Below are positions 44,702-54,511 of a DNA stretch of 64,000 nt, in pieces. The stretch is from IMG/VR virus record IMGVR_UViG_3300003316_000301, positions 32,001 to 96,000 of that record, one strand, 5' to 3'. Position numbers and translations under genes: made by a program. The notes under the pieces are model-generated. The model ran no database searches and had not been told where the DNA came from. It was given only the letters and a program-made list of their open reading frames with translations. Source of the stretch: a virus (taxonomy: Duplodnaviria; Caudoviricetes). Position 1 is the stretch's first letter, and every line of letters begins with the position of its first letter.

Positions 44702-45277
44702 TCAGCCCCGCAGGGCGTCCTTCAGCTCCTGGAGCGTGGGGCGCTTGGTCGGCTTGTCGTCGCGCATGTCCTGGGCCACCTGGGCGAAGACCTCGGCCAC
44801 GGTGCCCAGGATGGTTCCCTTGACCGAACCGGCCTTCGCGGCGCGCTTGTTCAAGCCCTCGGCCAGGCCGTCCAGGTTCACGGGGGCCTGGGCCCGCAGG
44901 AACCGCTTGTACTGCTCCAGCGAGAGGATCACGGTCACCGGTCCGAAGTCCTCGCCGGAGTCCTGGCCTACGCTCGCCACGCTGTACGAGCCCTCGGGGA
45001 AGATCAGACGCACCGAGGCGTCCGGGCGGTCCGAGGACCGGCGCACCATGGGCTTCACGACGGGCTTGATGTCCGCCGGACGGGAGCCGTCGGTGGTCAC
45101 CGTGCCCCGCAGGGTGTCGAGCGTGAAGTCCTCCTGGGCGCCCGTGTCTCCCAGGCCGTTGGCCTGCTTGGCCGAGACGTACGAGGTAAGAGTCACCTCC
45201 TGCCACGCCCCCTCGCTGCCGAAGAGCAGGAAGAACCGGGGGTCCTGGGGCTTGTCCTTGTCGTAGCTGATGCTCAT
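44702..45277 (-). CDS. Hypothetical protein
   Basis: AGGAGG RBS, ATGA overlap. Confidence 0.6.
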   Translation of the reverse strand: MSISYDKDKPQDPRFFLLFGSEGAWQEVTLTSYVSAKQANGLGDTGAQEDFTLDTLRGTVTTDGSRPADIKPVVKPMVRRSSDRPDASVRLIFPEGSYSVASVGQDSGEDFGPVTVILSLEQYKRFLRAQAPVNLDGLAEGLNKRAAKAGSVKGTILGTVAEVFAQVAQDMRDDKPTKRPTLQELKDALRG

Positions 45278-45450
45278 GCGCCCTCCTGAGGCGTCGTGCG
45301 GCGCCATGTGGCGTCCCGCTGGTCGTACATCTCCTGGGATCCCTGGCGGTCGCTCACAAAGGCCCTCAGGGCCTCCAGGGAGAAGTTCTCGCGGAGAGCG
45401 CGCAGCTCCTGGAGGGACTGCGCGCTCTCCTGCTCTCTCCAGTCCGTCAC
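45274..45450 (-). CDS. Small hypothetical protein
   Basis: GTGA overlap. Confidence 0.45.
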   Translation of the reverse strand: MTDWREQESAQSLQELRALRENFSLEALRAFVSDRQGSQEMYDQRDATWRRTTPQEGA

Positions 45451-46409
45451 GCGGACGGCCGGTGGAGCATGAGGTAGTTCGAGGCGTGCAGCGTGCTCGC
45501 ACGCGGCCGGGTGGTGGTGAAGATCCGCTTCTCCCGCAGGGAGCGGATGGTCGAGCCGTGCGTGTCCCGGCAGCAGTCCTGCTGGCCCCGGTAGCCCCGG
45601 TAGTCGGACACGACGTGGCCGAGCGCGATGTGCTCCAACAGGACCTTCTGCTTCTCCGGCAGCTTCTTGTACTCGGGCCGGGTCTTCCACAGCTCCAGCC
45701 GCTCGGCCTGCTCCTCGAAGAACTCCTTCTCGGTGTCCCGCACCAGCGGGGTCACGAGCTTCTGGACGTCCGACAGCAGCAGTGTGGCGCCCGAGGTCCA
45801 CGGGTCCTTGTTGAGGTGGTCGAGCACCTGCTCCGGCTTACGGGCGTTCCTGCGGGTGTACTCCGAGTCGCTCTCGATGTCCTTCTCGTACTTGTCCTGC
45901 TCGATCTTGGCGTGCCGGAGGTACTCGGCGATCCGGGCACGGGCAGGAGCCGCGTCGTCCCGGCGCTTCTTCAGCGCGAGCGCCATGGCCGCCATGTCGG
46001 CAGGAATGCCCATGAGGTGCTCGGCGTAGATCTCCGCCGTCTCGGCGAGGAGATCGATCAGCTCGTCCTCGGTCAGCTCCAGGTACTGGCGGGACTTCTC
46101 CTCCAGGGCGCCGGTCTTGTTCACCGGCGCGATCTGGTCCAGGACGTACCGGCCGTCGGCGCTGAGCTGGATGCCGAACTCGCCGTGGCCGTCCACACCC
46201 ACGATGTAGGTCGCCAGGCCCTTGATGACGAGGGGCTCGCACTGGTCCCGGGGCGCGAAGCGCTGCTGGTCCACGGGGACCGCCGGGCCCTTGAAGATCA
46301 TGTCGTACTCGGAGCCGGTGTCGGCGTCCCGCATGCGGTTCAGGATGATCTTCTCGTTCTCGGAGAGAGCGACGCGGCCACCGTTGCGGAGCTGGAAGTT
46401 GTCGAGCAT
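45447..46409 (-). CDS. Hypothetical protein with winged-helix-like ends
   Basis: First gene after promoter repeat. Confidence 0.65.
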   Translation of the reverse strand: MLDNFQLRNGGRVALSENEKIILNRMRDADTGSEYDMIFKGPAVPVDQQRFAPRDQCEPLVIKGLATYIVGVDGHGEFGIQLSADGRYVLDQIAPVNKTGALEEKSRQYLELTEDELIDLLAETAEIYAEHLMGIPADMAAMALALKKRRDDAAPARARIAEYLRHAKIEQDKYEKDIESDSEYTRRNARKPEQVLDHLNKDPWTSGATLLLSDVQKLVTPLVRDTEKEFFEEQAERLELWKTRPEYKKLPEKQKVLLEHIALGHVVSDYRGYRGQQDCCRDTHGSTIRSLREKRIFTTTRPRASTLHASNYLMLHRPSA

Positions 46410-46413
46410 GGCG

Positions 46414-46476
46414 CCTCCTGGGGAGTCGGTTCTGGCGGATGAGGAGAATCTACTACAAGGATTGTTGGGGCGTCAA
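46414..46476 (-). promoter_or_regulatory. Repeated promoter/operator/RBS element (TTGACG-18-TAGATT)
   Basis: Includes CCGCCAGA and GACTCCCCAGGAGG. Confidence 0.75.
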
Positions 46477-46829
46477 CCCTTGCCCTTCCCGAACCTCTCG
46501 TCGTCGTCCGGGACGAGGATCGGGCGCTTGGTGGGGACGAAGACCCAGTCGCCCATGTAGACGTAGCCGTCCCGCTGGTCCACGTAGCAGGGACTGACGC
46601 CCTTACTGATCGAGTCCCAGTAGGAGTCCTCCAGGTCGGCCGGGTGGGCACAGGCGACCCCGCCGTCCTTCATGAGAGGGCCGCCGGTGCGGTTGCCCGC
46701 GTGCTCGGCCGCCTTGAGGAAAAGGGCCTTCTCGCGCTCCGAGGCCAGGGCCATGGCGACCGCGACCAGGGAGAACTTGGCGGCAGTGTGGTGGATCTCG
46801 TAGTTGAACTGCTGGGGTACGGCAGGCAT
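46473..46829 (-). CDS. Hypothetical protein
   Basis: AGGAGG RBS. Confidence 0.6.
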   Translation of the reverse strand: MPAVPQQFNYEIHHTAAKFSLVAVAMALASEREKALFLKAAEHAGNRTGGPLMKDGGVACAHPADLEDSYWDSISKGVSPCYVDQRDGYVYMGDWVFVPTKRPILVPDDDERFGKGKG

Positions 46830-46886
46830 GCCGACCTCCTCTCAGGCCGAGGGGCCGCCCTCCGGGGCGGCCCACTGGATCACCGG

Positions 46887-47804
46887 TCAGTCCCGCAGCT
46901 CGTGGCCGATCTCCTCGACCAGGAAGGGGATGTTGTAGAACTCCCGCATCGGACCTCCGAACCGGGGGCTGAGCTTGTACACCCCGCCGGAGTAGAAGAC
47001 CTCGCAGCGGCGGACCTTGTCCTTGAAGGGAACCAGGTAGTACACGAAGACCGAGTGGTCTCCGGCCTTGCGGGTCATGTAGGCCACGTCGTTGGCCTCC
47101 ACGGCCTCCCGCAGCTCCGTCAGGGCCTTCTTGACCTCGTCCGGCTTGTCCTGAGAGGGGAAGTGCCCCGGGGCGCCCACGAGGACGCTCCAGCCGTCGT
47201 TCTCCTCGTACTCGATCCAGGTGGAGTACCCGGCCTGCACGAGGCTGGTGGCGTAGCTCTCCACGGCGCTCACGGCGTACGCCTCACGGCCGCCGGTCAC
47301 CAGGGCGTAGCTGGTGTGCGGGTGGTCCTTGTACGAGACCCGGACCAGGCCGTCGCGGGGGAACTCCGCCCGCTCGACGACGTACCCGGCACCCGCGAGC
47401 TTCGGCGCCTCGGTGTACTCGTAGCGGCCGACCGAGATGACCTTCTTGACCTCCGCGATCGTGACCGCGTGCGGGGACTCCTCGGCCATCTGCTCCTTAG
47501 CCTCGGGGGTGTCGTGCTCCGGCCGACGGGCCTCTACGAGGACGTGGACGGTGCCGTAGTCGCCGGTGACCTTGGCCGCGTGGTACTTGCGGTCCACCCG
47601 GCCGTTGATGACACTCGCGATCCGGTCGAGCGAAGCCTGGACCGTCTCGTGGTCGTTGGCCTGGTAGTGGACGTGCACCTCCGGGCCGTATCCGGTGACC
47701 AAGTACCCGACGCCCCAGGTGTTGCTGGTGGGAGCCTTCCTCAGGCTGGTGGTGCTGGAGAGGATGCGGGAGATCGCTGCGGCGGAGATGTTCGCTCGGG
47801 TCAT
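46887..47804 (-). CDS. Hypothetical protein, repeated domain related to 42841-43473
   Basis: ISRIL...GYLV...VHVHY; GYVV...VRVSY. Confidence 0.7.
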   Translation of the reverse strand: MTRANISAAAISRILSSTTSLRKAPTSNTWGVGYLVTGYGPEVHVHYQANDHETVQASLDRIASVINGRVDRKYHAAKVTGDYGTVHVLVEARRPEHDTPEAKEQMAEESPHAVTIAEVKKVISVGRYEYTEAPKLAGAGYVVERAEFPRDGLVRVSYKDHPHTSYALVTGGREAYAVSAVESYATSLVQAGYSTWIEYEENDGWSVLVGAPGHFPSQDKPDEVKKALTELREAVEANDVAYMTRKAGDHSVFVYYLVPFKDKVRRCEVFYSGGVYKLSPRFGGPMREFYNIPFLVEEIGHELRD

Positions 47805-47808
47805 GGGT

Positions 47809-47872
47809 CCTCCTGCGGAGTCGCTGTCGTCCTGACAACGTCAAGGTTACACACAGGATTGTTGGAGCGCAA
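47809..47872 (-). promoter_or_regulatory. Repeated promoter/operator/RBS element (TTGCGC-17-TAACCT)
   Basis: All sub-motifs present; adjacent hairpin 47873-47903 holds another operator-like copy. Confidence 0.75.
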
Positions 47873-47914
47873 GAGGCTCCCCAGGGATTCCTGGAGAGCC
47901 TCTCTTCGTGCAGC

Positions 47915-48112
47915 TCAGATGCGCTTGACGTCCGTCACGCAGTCCCAGCAGGACGCCACCGAGTCGCCGCCGATGTACCCGGCCTTGTCGCCCGCGAGGA
48001 TCATCTCCCCGCACGGGCACTCGGACTCGTAGTCGGCCTCGAAGGTCCTGACCGGCGTGGGCTCCTCGTGCTGGGCCCGCCGCATCATGGCCTCGATCTC
48101 CTCCGGCTTCAT
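47915..48112 (-). CDS. Small Zn-binding hypothetical protein
   Basis: CPCG...CWDC; ATGA overlap. Confidence 0.6.
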   Translation of the reverse strand: MKPEEIEAMMRRAQHEEPTPVRTFEADYESECPCGEMILAGDKAGYIGGDSVASCWDCVTDVKRI

Positions 48113-48960
48113 CCGATAATCTCCCCCGCCTTGTCCATGCGGAGGAGTTGGCCTGCCGCGCCGATCCTCTCCACCCGCTCCCCGGCGTTCGAGGTGTTCT
48201 CCATGAGGGTGCTGAAGGCCATGTTGACCATGCCGGTGCCGCCCGTCTTGGAGAGGTTCACGCCGTCACTGGCCAGGTTCTTCGCACCCTCGTTGACCGG
48301 CACCCAGTCCTTCCTGACGGGCTTCGGAAGGGATTCCCAGACCTTGGGGTCGAGGTGCATCTCCATCTGGGCCAGACCGCGCAGCTTCTCCTTCTCCCGG
48401 GCGAACCTCCAGTCCTCGGGCGTGATGCGCCGGGAGGTGTACGGAGCGTGGTACTCGTCGGTGCTGGTGAGCCTCAGCGTCAGGTTCTGCCGCAACCACC
48501 GGATCGCCCGGTTGTGCAAGTCCTGGTAAGGCTCCCGGAGATGGTCCAGCGACCCGGTGAGCATGTCCATCTTCACGGCGCCGCTCGGTCCCACATCGAA
48601 CCGCCCCAGAGCCAGGCCCTTCAGGTGAGCACTGAACCGAGTGGATCCGCAGTAGTTGATCTGAACATCTTCGAAGAGCTTCTCGAAGACCTTCATCATC
48701 GCCATGTCCCCGACCTGGTCTGCGGGAACCGCGATCTTCCCCTTCAGCACCGTGGGACTGCCCTGGAGGGACATCTCCCAGAGGTGGGTGCGCGTCCCCT
48801 CCATCGGCTCTCCCAGGGCCCTGGGGGCACGCGCAGTCATCATCCCCCGGAGGATCCGTTCGGCCTCCATCTTCTTCCCGGCCTGCCGGGCACGGTCCGC
48901 CCTGGAGAACATCAGGCTGTCGTCCAGCTCGTCCTCAGGGCCGTAGTCGTACCTACTCAT
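48109..48960 (-). CDS. Hypothetical protein
   Basis: Start MSRYDYG overlaps upstream gene. Confidence 0.6.
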   Translation of the reverse strand: MSRYDYGPEDELDDSLMFSRADRARQAGKKMEAERILRGMMTARAPRALGEPMEGTRTHLWEMSLQGSPTVLKGKIAVPADQVGDMAMMKVFEKLFEDVQINYCGSTRFSAHLKGLALGRFDVGPSGAVKMDMLTGSLDHLREPYQDLHNRAIRWLRQNLTLRLTSTDEYHAPYTSRRITPEDWRFAREKEKLRGLAQMEMHLDPKVWESLPKPVRKDWVPVNEGAKNLASDGVNLSKTGGTGMVNMAFSTLMENTSNAGERVERIGAAGQLLRMDKAGEIIG

Positions 48961-49528
48961 CAGTTTCGATCTCCTTCGCCGCCCGCAGGTATGCCCCGGG
49001 GAGGTAGTCCGAGGGCACGGCCCTCGTCGCCTCCACCCGCTGGAGCACATGCGACGCCAGGTTGTATGTGTGCAGCCCCACCTTGTGCAGGGCCATGCCG
49101 AAGGTGAGGTTCTCGTCCTTCTCACGGACGGCCTCCTGGGCGAGGGCCTCGTAGCGCTCTGCGGCGTCCCAGGCCGCGTACCGGCCCATCGGGCTCATGA
49201 GCCGGAGCTTGGCCCCCACGCTGGTCTGTGCGAGGTCGTAGAAGGGGTCCAGGAAGCTCACGCTGGAGTCCCTCAGGGAGTCGCCGACGCGCATCACGTG
49301 CTCATGTGCCGGACGGCCTCCGTACGTGCCGACGTAGTAGATCAGCACCACGGCCTCGTCGGGCGTGAACTTCTCCACGGCGCCAAGAGAGTCCTCCAGC
49401 ATGGCGTACCAGCGCTCCACGTCCCTCTTGGCCGTGGCGCCGGGGTACCGGCTCTTCTGGGGGTCCCTGGCGCGGATCTTCTCCAGCAGGTCGGGCTGAG
49501 CCCGGAAGCTGATGTTCTGAGAGGGCAC
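48953..49528 (-). CDS. Possible ribbon-helix-helix DNA-binding protein
   Basis: N-terminal SQNISFRAQPDLLEKI...AKRDVERWYAML; GGAGG RBS. Confidence 0.5.
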   Translation of the reverse strand: MPSQNISFRAQPDLLEKIRARDPQKSRYPGATAKRDVERWYAMLEDSLGAVEKFTPDEAVVLIYYVGTYGGRPAHEHVMRVGDSLRDSSVSFLDPFYDLAQTSVGAKLRLMSPMGRYAAWDAAERYEALAQEAVREKDENLTFGMALHKVGLHTYNLASHVLQRVEATRAVPSDYLPGAYLRAAKEIETDE

Positions 49529-49530
49529 GA

Positions 49531-49899
49531 TCAGTCCTCCACCTTCACGCAGAAGCCGTCCCAGACCAGGACGTCGCCGACCTGGGCGAGGAAGAGGGGC
49601 TCGTTCCGACGCCCGTAGAGCACTCCGGGCTTGCCGACGACCTTCGTGCCCCCGAAGAACTGACCGTTGGCGCCGCCCGGGATGCTCAGGGGCTCGTACG
49701 AGGGGGAGACGATGGCGGTTCTGTACCCCCGTCCCTCCAGCCAGGCGAGGGTCTCCTCCATCATCACGGCAGGGGCGATGACATGTCGGTTGTCGACGGT
49801 GCTCACGGGGGTCCTTTCTGTGGAACGCCTGAAGGCCCACCTCCACATCGAGCGGAAGTGGACCATCGGGCCGGGCGGGAATCTCACCTCAGGACGCAT
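49531..49899 (-). CDS. Hypothetical protein
   Basis: Start uncertain. Confidence 0.5.
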   Translation of the reverse strand: MRPEVRFPPGPMVHFRSMWRWAFRRSTERTPVSTVDNRHVIAPAVMMEETLAWLEGRGYRTAIVSPSYEPLSIPGGANGQFFGGTKVVGKPGVLYGRRNEPLFLAQVGDVLVWDGFCVKVED

Positions 49900-50165
49900 C
49901 CTCGGTGAGGGCTGACGTGAACCCAGATGTCCGGGTACTCGGCCGACCGCTGGCACTTCTCCGTGCGCTCGGCGAGGCCCTCGGTCTCCTCCTGCACCAT
50001 CTTGCGGTGCTGCTCGTCCACCCAGGGCTTGAGCTTCGCGATGAAGTCCCACTCGCCCTTGGTCTCGTCGATGACCGTGATCAGCTCCATCAGGTCCTCG
50101 TACGACCAGTCAGCCAGTTCCCGGGCGAGCGAATCGAGGTCGTACTCCAGCGTGATCTTCGGCAT
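49884..50165 (-). CDS. Hypothetical protein
   Basis: TGATG overlap, AAGGAG RBS. Confidence 0.6.
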   Translation of the reverse strand: MPKITLEYDLDSLARELADWSYEDLMELITVIDETKGEWDFIAKLKPWVDEQHRKMVQEETEGLAERTEKCQRSAEYPDIWVHVSPHRGCVLR

Positions 50166-50473
50166 CAGGACTCCTTGCACTTCGGGCACTCGGGATGGGG
50201 CTCCAGGCGCACCTTGCGGTTGCGCCGGACGAAGAGCACTCCGCCCCTCAGGCGGATGCCGATCGTGTCGTTGCAGTACTCGTCTCCGCCACCGAGCCAG
50301 AGAATCTTCCTCTGGTACTCCTCGGTGATGGTCTCGGTCGGCCACCAGAAGAACCGGCGCAGCAGGGGCGGGATGGCGCGCTCCGCCTCCTTGTGCGCGT
50401 CCTTGGCCCCCTCCAGGTACGCGTCCTGCCACGCCTCCGGCTGGGCCGACCACTGCTCCAGGGTCCTGATCAC
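50165..50473 (-). CDS. Hypothetical protein
   Basis: GTGA overlap. Confidence 0.55.
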   Translation of the reverse strand: MIRTLEQWSAQPEAWQDAYLEGAKDAHKEAERAIPPLLRRFFWWPTETITEEYQRKILWLGGGDEYCNDTIGIRLRGGVLFVRRNRKVRLEPHPECPKCKES

Positions 50474-51003
50474 GCGCCCTCCCACAGCTCCGTGAGCTTC
50501 ACGCGGTCGTTGCCGTAGCGCTCGTAGAGCATCCCCGCGACCTTGATCAGAGCCTCCTCGTACGTCGGGGCGCCCGTGTCCAGCTCGGTGTCGTGGAGGC
50601 GGATGTCGCCCTTCCCGCGCGTCAGGGAGGCCGGGAAGACCTCTACCCAGATCTCGACCTCGCGGTTCTTCCAGGGGCCCTCAGTCCGCCGGGTCTTCTT
50701 GTTGACCATGGCGGGCTGAAGCTCCAGCCCCTCGTGGACCCCACGCGTCTCCGCCAGGGTGGAGATGTGCCGCCGCTCCTCGTGGCCGTGGTACCAGAAA
50801 ACCGGGTGGTAGGCCAGCCACATCCAGGCCCGGTAGAGGTCCTGCGGGTTCTCCTCGTAGGCGACGACGGTCTCCGTCCAGCGCCTCCGGGTGGACGCCC
50901 AGGAGTCGACATAGAGCGTCGGCCAGGACTCGGCCATCATGCTGCGGGGCTTCCCCGAGGTGTCCATCTCGGGAAAGACGATCTGCTTCTTCGGCTCAGC
51001 CAT
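50470..51003 (-). CDS. Hypothetical protein
   Basis: GC3-biased ORF. Confidence 0.65.
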   Translation of the reverse strand: MAEPKKQIVFPEMDTSGKPRSMMAESWPTLYVDSWASTRRRWTETVVAYEENPQDLYRAWMWLAYHPVFWYHGHEERRHISTLAETRGVHEGLELQPAMVNKKTRRTEGPWKNREVEIWVEVFPASLTRGKGDIRLHDTELDTGAPTYEEALIKVAGMLYERYGNDRVKLTELWEGA

Positions 51004-51301
51004 AGGTGCGGCCCTCGTCCAGGTCCCGCTGGCGCACCCAGCCCTCGGGCATCTCGGCGAAGCTGTCCTCGATCCGCTCGGCCAGCGCCCGGATCTTGTC
51101 CGGGGTGCAGCCGGGGTCCGGGGCGCGGCGGTCCATGGCCCGCAGCCGACGGCCGGAGGCCGATCCGGTGGTCAGGGTGTCGACTGCCAGCTTGGCCAGG
51201 TCGATCAGGTCCTGCTGGTCGATGGGGGCGCCCTCGGCCCGGCGGTGGTTGATGAACCGGGAGTAGACCCGGCGCTCCAGGTCAGTCAGTGCTTCCGCCA
51301 T
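50996..51301 (-). CDS. Hypothetical protein
   Basis: AGGAGG RBS plus CCGCCAGA. Confidence 0.6.
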   Translation of the reverse strand: MAEALTDLERRVYSRFINHRRAEGAPIDQQDLIDLAKLAVDTLTTGSASGRRLRAMDRRAPDPGCTPDKIRALAERIEDSFAEMPEGWVRQRDLDEGRTYG

Positions 51302-51515
51302 GGGAAGCCTCCTCGATCTTGGATCTCTGGCGGGTGATGATCATGATGGTCGGACACGGGGCGGGACGGCCGCAGCCGAGGCAGTACCCCGTCTCCTGGA
51401 CCCCTCCCTCGTCGGCGTCGTACACACGTTCCGTGTGCTCACGCTCGATCAGGTCCAGGGTGTCCTGAAGCGCGTCCAACTGGTCGTCGGTGACCAGGGA
51501 CGCGGTGATTCTCAA
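51282..51515 (-). CDS. Small hypothetical protein (H...CxxC...PCPT)
   Basis: TTGA overlap; start uncertain. Confidence 0.5.
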   Translation of the reverse strand: MRITASLVTDDQLDALQDTLDLIEREHTERVYDADEGGVQETGYCLGCGRPAPCPTIMIITRQRSKIEEASHGGSTD

Positions 51516-51877
51516 TCGGAGCCCTTCACGGCTTCGGCCTCCCTCTTGCGCTTCTCCTGGAGGGCGATCATCCGGGCCAGCCGCCGGTCCCACCGGCGCT
51601 TCAGACTCTGCGCCTGTCTCTCGGCAATCGGGAGTGCGACCTCCAGCGGCATGCGGGACGCGTTTTTAAATTTCGTCGTCCGGCTGCTGGGGCTGCGCTC
51701 GAACACCCACCGGCGCCCCTTGGGCTGGTAGCAGTAGGGACTGTCGACGATGGCCCAGATGTCTTCCCCGGCCCGCCCCCGGCGCTCCACGGTGATGTAC
51801 CGGTACTCGTACTCCGTGTGGATGTAGGGGAACTCGAACCGGCTGATATTCCCCTCGTACGCGTGCAGGTCGATCAT
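51512..51877 (-). CDS. Hypothetical protein
   Basis: WAIVD...WVFERSPSSR. Confidence 0.6.
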   Translation of the reverse strand: MIDLHAYEGNISRFEFPYIHTEYEYRYITVERRGRAGEDIWAIVDSPYCYQPKGRRWVFERSPSSRTTKFKNASRMPLEVALPIAERQAQSLKRRWDRRLARMIALQEKRKREAEAVKGSD

Positions 51878-51935
51878 GGGAACTCCGGAGTGGGCGGGAT
51901 CTCGATGGACTGTATCAGCCTGTAGTACAGGGCGC

Positions 51936-52247
51936 CTAGCCCTCGTCCGGCTCGACGAAGAGCGGCACGGGCATCTGCTGCGTCCGCTCCCCCTCGGCCT
52001 CCTGGGGCACCACCGGCGTGACGGCCTGGATCGGCATGGCGGACACCGGCACGATGCGCCCCAGGAGGCCCTGTGCGGGCCTGTGAGCGTCCTGCACGTC
52101 CTCGGGGACCTCCTGGGTCAGGACGACCTCCGGAAGCTCCTCCTCGCCCTCAGGAGTGCCGGGGAAGCGTCCGTCCCGCTCGGCCAGCATGCGGGCGAAG
52201 ATCGGCGTTTCTCTTCGGTATGCCTCGGGGTCAACTCGTCTCGGCAT
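51936..52247 (-). CDS. Hypothetical protein
   Basis: GAGGAG RBS. Confidence 0.5.
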   Translation of the reverse strand: MPRRVDPEAYRRETPIFARMLAERDGRFPGTPEGEEELPEVVLTQEVPEDVQDAHRPAQGLLGRIVPVSAMPIQAVTPVVPQEAEGERTQQMPVPLFVEPDEG

Positions 52248-52740
52248 CGGTGGGCTCCTCCCACAGCTTGAATGTCGGCTCGGTCTCCTCTTCAGACCCC
52301 TCGTAGCCCACGAGGACCTTCAGAGGTCCGGTGATCTTCGTCCCGTCAGGGATGTCTTCAAGGAAGTACTCCGGCTCGAAGTCGGAATTCGGCACAGCCA
52401 CCGTGGCGAACCAGCACTCCTCGGTGCGGTGCCAGCGGTGGCCGCCGTGGACCTCGTTCTCCCAGTGGTCCCGGGCGGCCTCGAACTTCTCCCAGTCCTC
52501 GCGGGAAGCCGGGGCCGCCTCGTGGTAGTCGCTCGGCGCCATGGGAAACAGCTCGCAGCCCCACTTGGCCACGTCCTTCTCCGTGCCGTTGCACTCCTCC
52601 ACGAGGCCGCACTCCCGGGGGCCCTCGTAGGGGCACTGCATCGTCCACTTGATCCCGGCATACCAGTGCGTGTCGATGACGGGGATCAGGAGGTGCGGAA
52701 GCCGGTTGGACCCCGTTCCCTGCTCGTCGTAGTGCTTCAC
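52231..52740 (-). CDS. Hypothetical protein
   Basis: GTGA overlap. Confidence 0.6.
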   Translation of the reverse strand: MKHYDEQGTGSNRLPHLLIPVIDTHWYAGIKWTMQCPYEGPRECGLVEECNGTEKDVAKWGCELFPMAPSDYHEAAPASREDWEKFEAARDHWENEVHGGHRWHRTEECWFATVAVPNSDFEPEYFLEDIPDGTKITGPLKVLVGYEGSEEETEPTFKLWEEPTDAETS

Positions 52741-53465
52741 TGGCCGATCTCCGGGGGCTTGAGGACCTCGTAGGTCCGGCGGTTCAGTTCGTAGCGGATC
52801 ATCTGCGTCGACAGCTCCGCGCCCCGGGAGTTGCTCACCCAGCGGTTCGGGCTGGCGTGCAGGTAGACCCAGGGCTCCCGCTCCTTGCGGTTGCGGGTGA
52901 CCACCACGGTGCCCAGCCCGAGGCGCTCCGGGACACGGGGCTCGGCCAGGTGCCAGGAGTTGCGCAGGATCCGTGCCCGGCCCTGCTTCAGCTCGACCAG
53001 GACCTCCGCGTCTCCCATGGGGAGCCAGGGAGCCGCCGTGGGCATCCAGGCCCGGGTGTGCCGGACCAGGACCGTGGAGTGCTGAGGCAGGTCGGCCATC
53101 AGCATGACGACATCCCCCACGGCGAGCGTCCAGTTGCGGCCCTGGTCCTTCTGGACGGGCTCCACCCGCACCCGCGTGGACCACGCCAGGGGGTCGAAGC
53201 GCATGCGGCGGACCTCACGGCTCACGACGTTCCGGACGGACATCAGGGAGCCACGGCAGGAGGACGCCTTGCGCACGATGCAGAAGGTGCCCTCGGGCGT
53301 GGAGATGACGTCTCCCTCCTGGAGGGACTCCATCCGCACCTTGATGTAGGAGCCGACCTGCCGGAAGGCGTTGATGGACTTCATGCGGGCCTGCTCAACG
53401 CGGTTGAGGCCCTTCACGGGGCGAGCCCCGGTGGTTACCGGGGCTCGATGTGCTGCTGTGCTCAC
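52737..53465 (-). CDS. Hypothetical protein
   Basis: GTGA overlap; alternative ATG downstream (MKSINAF). Confidence 0.55.
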   Translation of the reverse strand: MSTAAHRAPVTTGARPVKGLNRVEQARMKSINAFRQVGSYIKVRMESLQEGDVISTPEGTFCIVRKASSCRGSLMSVRNVVSREVRRMRFDPLAWSTRVRVEPVQKDQGRNWTLAVGDVVMLMADLPQHSTVLVRHTRAWMPTAAPWLPMGDAEVLVELKQGRARILRNSWHLAEPRVPERLGLGTVVVTRNRKEREPWVYLHASPNRWVSNSRGAELSTQMIRYELNRRTYEVLKPPEIGQ

Positions 53466-54229
53466 TGACCACTTCCCTTCTCGGCCAGCGCGAGGAGCTT
53501 CAGGAGCGTCTCCTCGCTGACCTCGTATGTGGTGCTGATGCCACTGGAGGTGTCCTTGCGGTGCAGGTCGTACCGCTCGCCCCGGCTGCTGAGACGCTCC
53601 TCGCCGAGGAGGTTCTGCACCCGGTTGCGGATCTCGGAGGCGACGAGGTTGTTCTGCGCCCGGCGCCTGCTCTCGGCCTCGTTGTGCAGGATCTCCTGCT
53701 CGGCCTGCTCCTTCTTGCGGGCGGCGTGGGAGTTCCAGCCGTCGATCAGGGCCTGCGGCCGGACGAACTCCAGCGTGACCTTGACGCTCCGGGTGGACCC
53801 GTCGCTCATGGGGACCTCCACCGTGGTGCGGGCGGAGATGTCGCCGGTGAAGCGGCCGTCGTGGCCCTCCTCCACGAGCTTGTGCGGGTTCATCTGGGCC
53901 CAGGCCTTGGCGAAGATCACAAAGGGCAGCTCCATGATCCGCGTCTTGGCCGAGACCCACATGTAGTCCATCTCGTCGATGATGAGGACCGGAACCCCGA
54001 CGGCCCAGCTCCTGGCGCTCCAGGAGTCGGACCGGCCCGCACGGTCGCCCTTCTGGGCCCGGGTGACGACGGTCTGCTTGGTGCGCTTCTCGGCTCCGTC
54101 CCAGTAGCCCCAGACCTCGTCTCGGCGCCACAGCTTCGGCTCGACGACCTTCGCGGGCCGTGCGACGTCCTCCGAGGTGCGGGGGCGGTACGCGTAGATG
54201 AGCTTGTCTTCGAGTTCGGCGAGCTTCAT
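53462..54229 (-). CDS. Hypothetical protein
   Basis: First gene after promoter repeat. Confidence 0.7.
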   Translation of the reverse strand: MKLAELEDKLIYAYRPRTSEDVARPAKVVEPKLWRRDEVWGYWDGAEKRTKQTVVTRAQKGDRAGRSDSWSARSWAVGVPVLIIDEMDYMWVSAKTRIMELPFVIFAKAWAQMNPHKLVEEGHDGRFTGDISARTTVEVPMSDGSTRSVKVTLEFVRPQALIDGWNSHAARKKEQAEQEILHNEAESRRRAQNNLVASEIRNRVQNLLGEERLSSRGERYDLHRKDTSSGISTTYEVSEETLLKLLALAEKGSGQ

Positions 54230-54233
54230 GAGG

Positions 54234-54297
54234 CCTCCTGGGGAGTCGATTGGCCTTGACGTCGTCAAGGTTACTACAAGGATTCTTGGAGGGTCAA
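54234..54297 (-). promoter_or_regulatory. Repeated promoter/operator/RBS element (TTGACC-18-TAACCT)
   Basis: All sub-motifs present. Confidence 0.8.
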
Positions 54298-54301
54298 CCC
54301 C

Positions 54302-54511
54302 TCATTCGAGGATCTTCGAGATGAACCACATAAACCCCCGGGGGATCGCCAGGGCGATGTCCACGATCAGCTCACCGAGGTCCTCGCCCCAGTCGCTGTC
54401 CCGGCGCCTGCGCGGGGCCCTGGAGACCGCTCCACGGCCGTGCAGGCGGTCGTAGGCCCTGCGGGCCTTGGCGGCCTTCTTCGCCTCTCTGCGGCGCTTC
54501 CAGGCGCTCAT
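54302..54511 (-). CDS. Small basic protein with hydrophobic C-terminus
   Basis: ATGA overlap. Confidence 0.5.
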   Translation of the reverse strand: MSAWKRRREAKKAAKARRAYDRLHGRGAVSRAPRRRRDSDWGEDLGELIVDIALAIPRGFMWFISKILE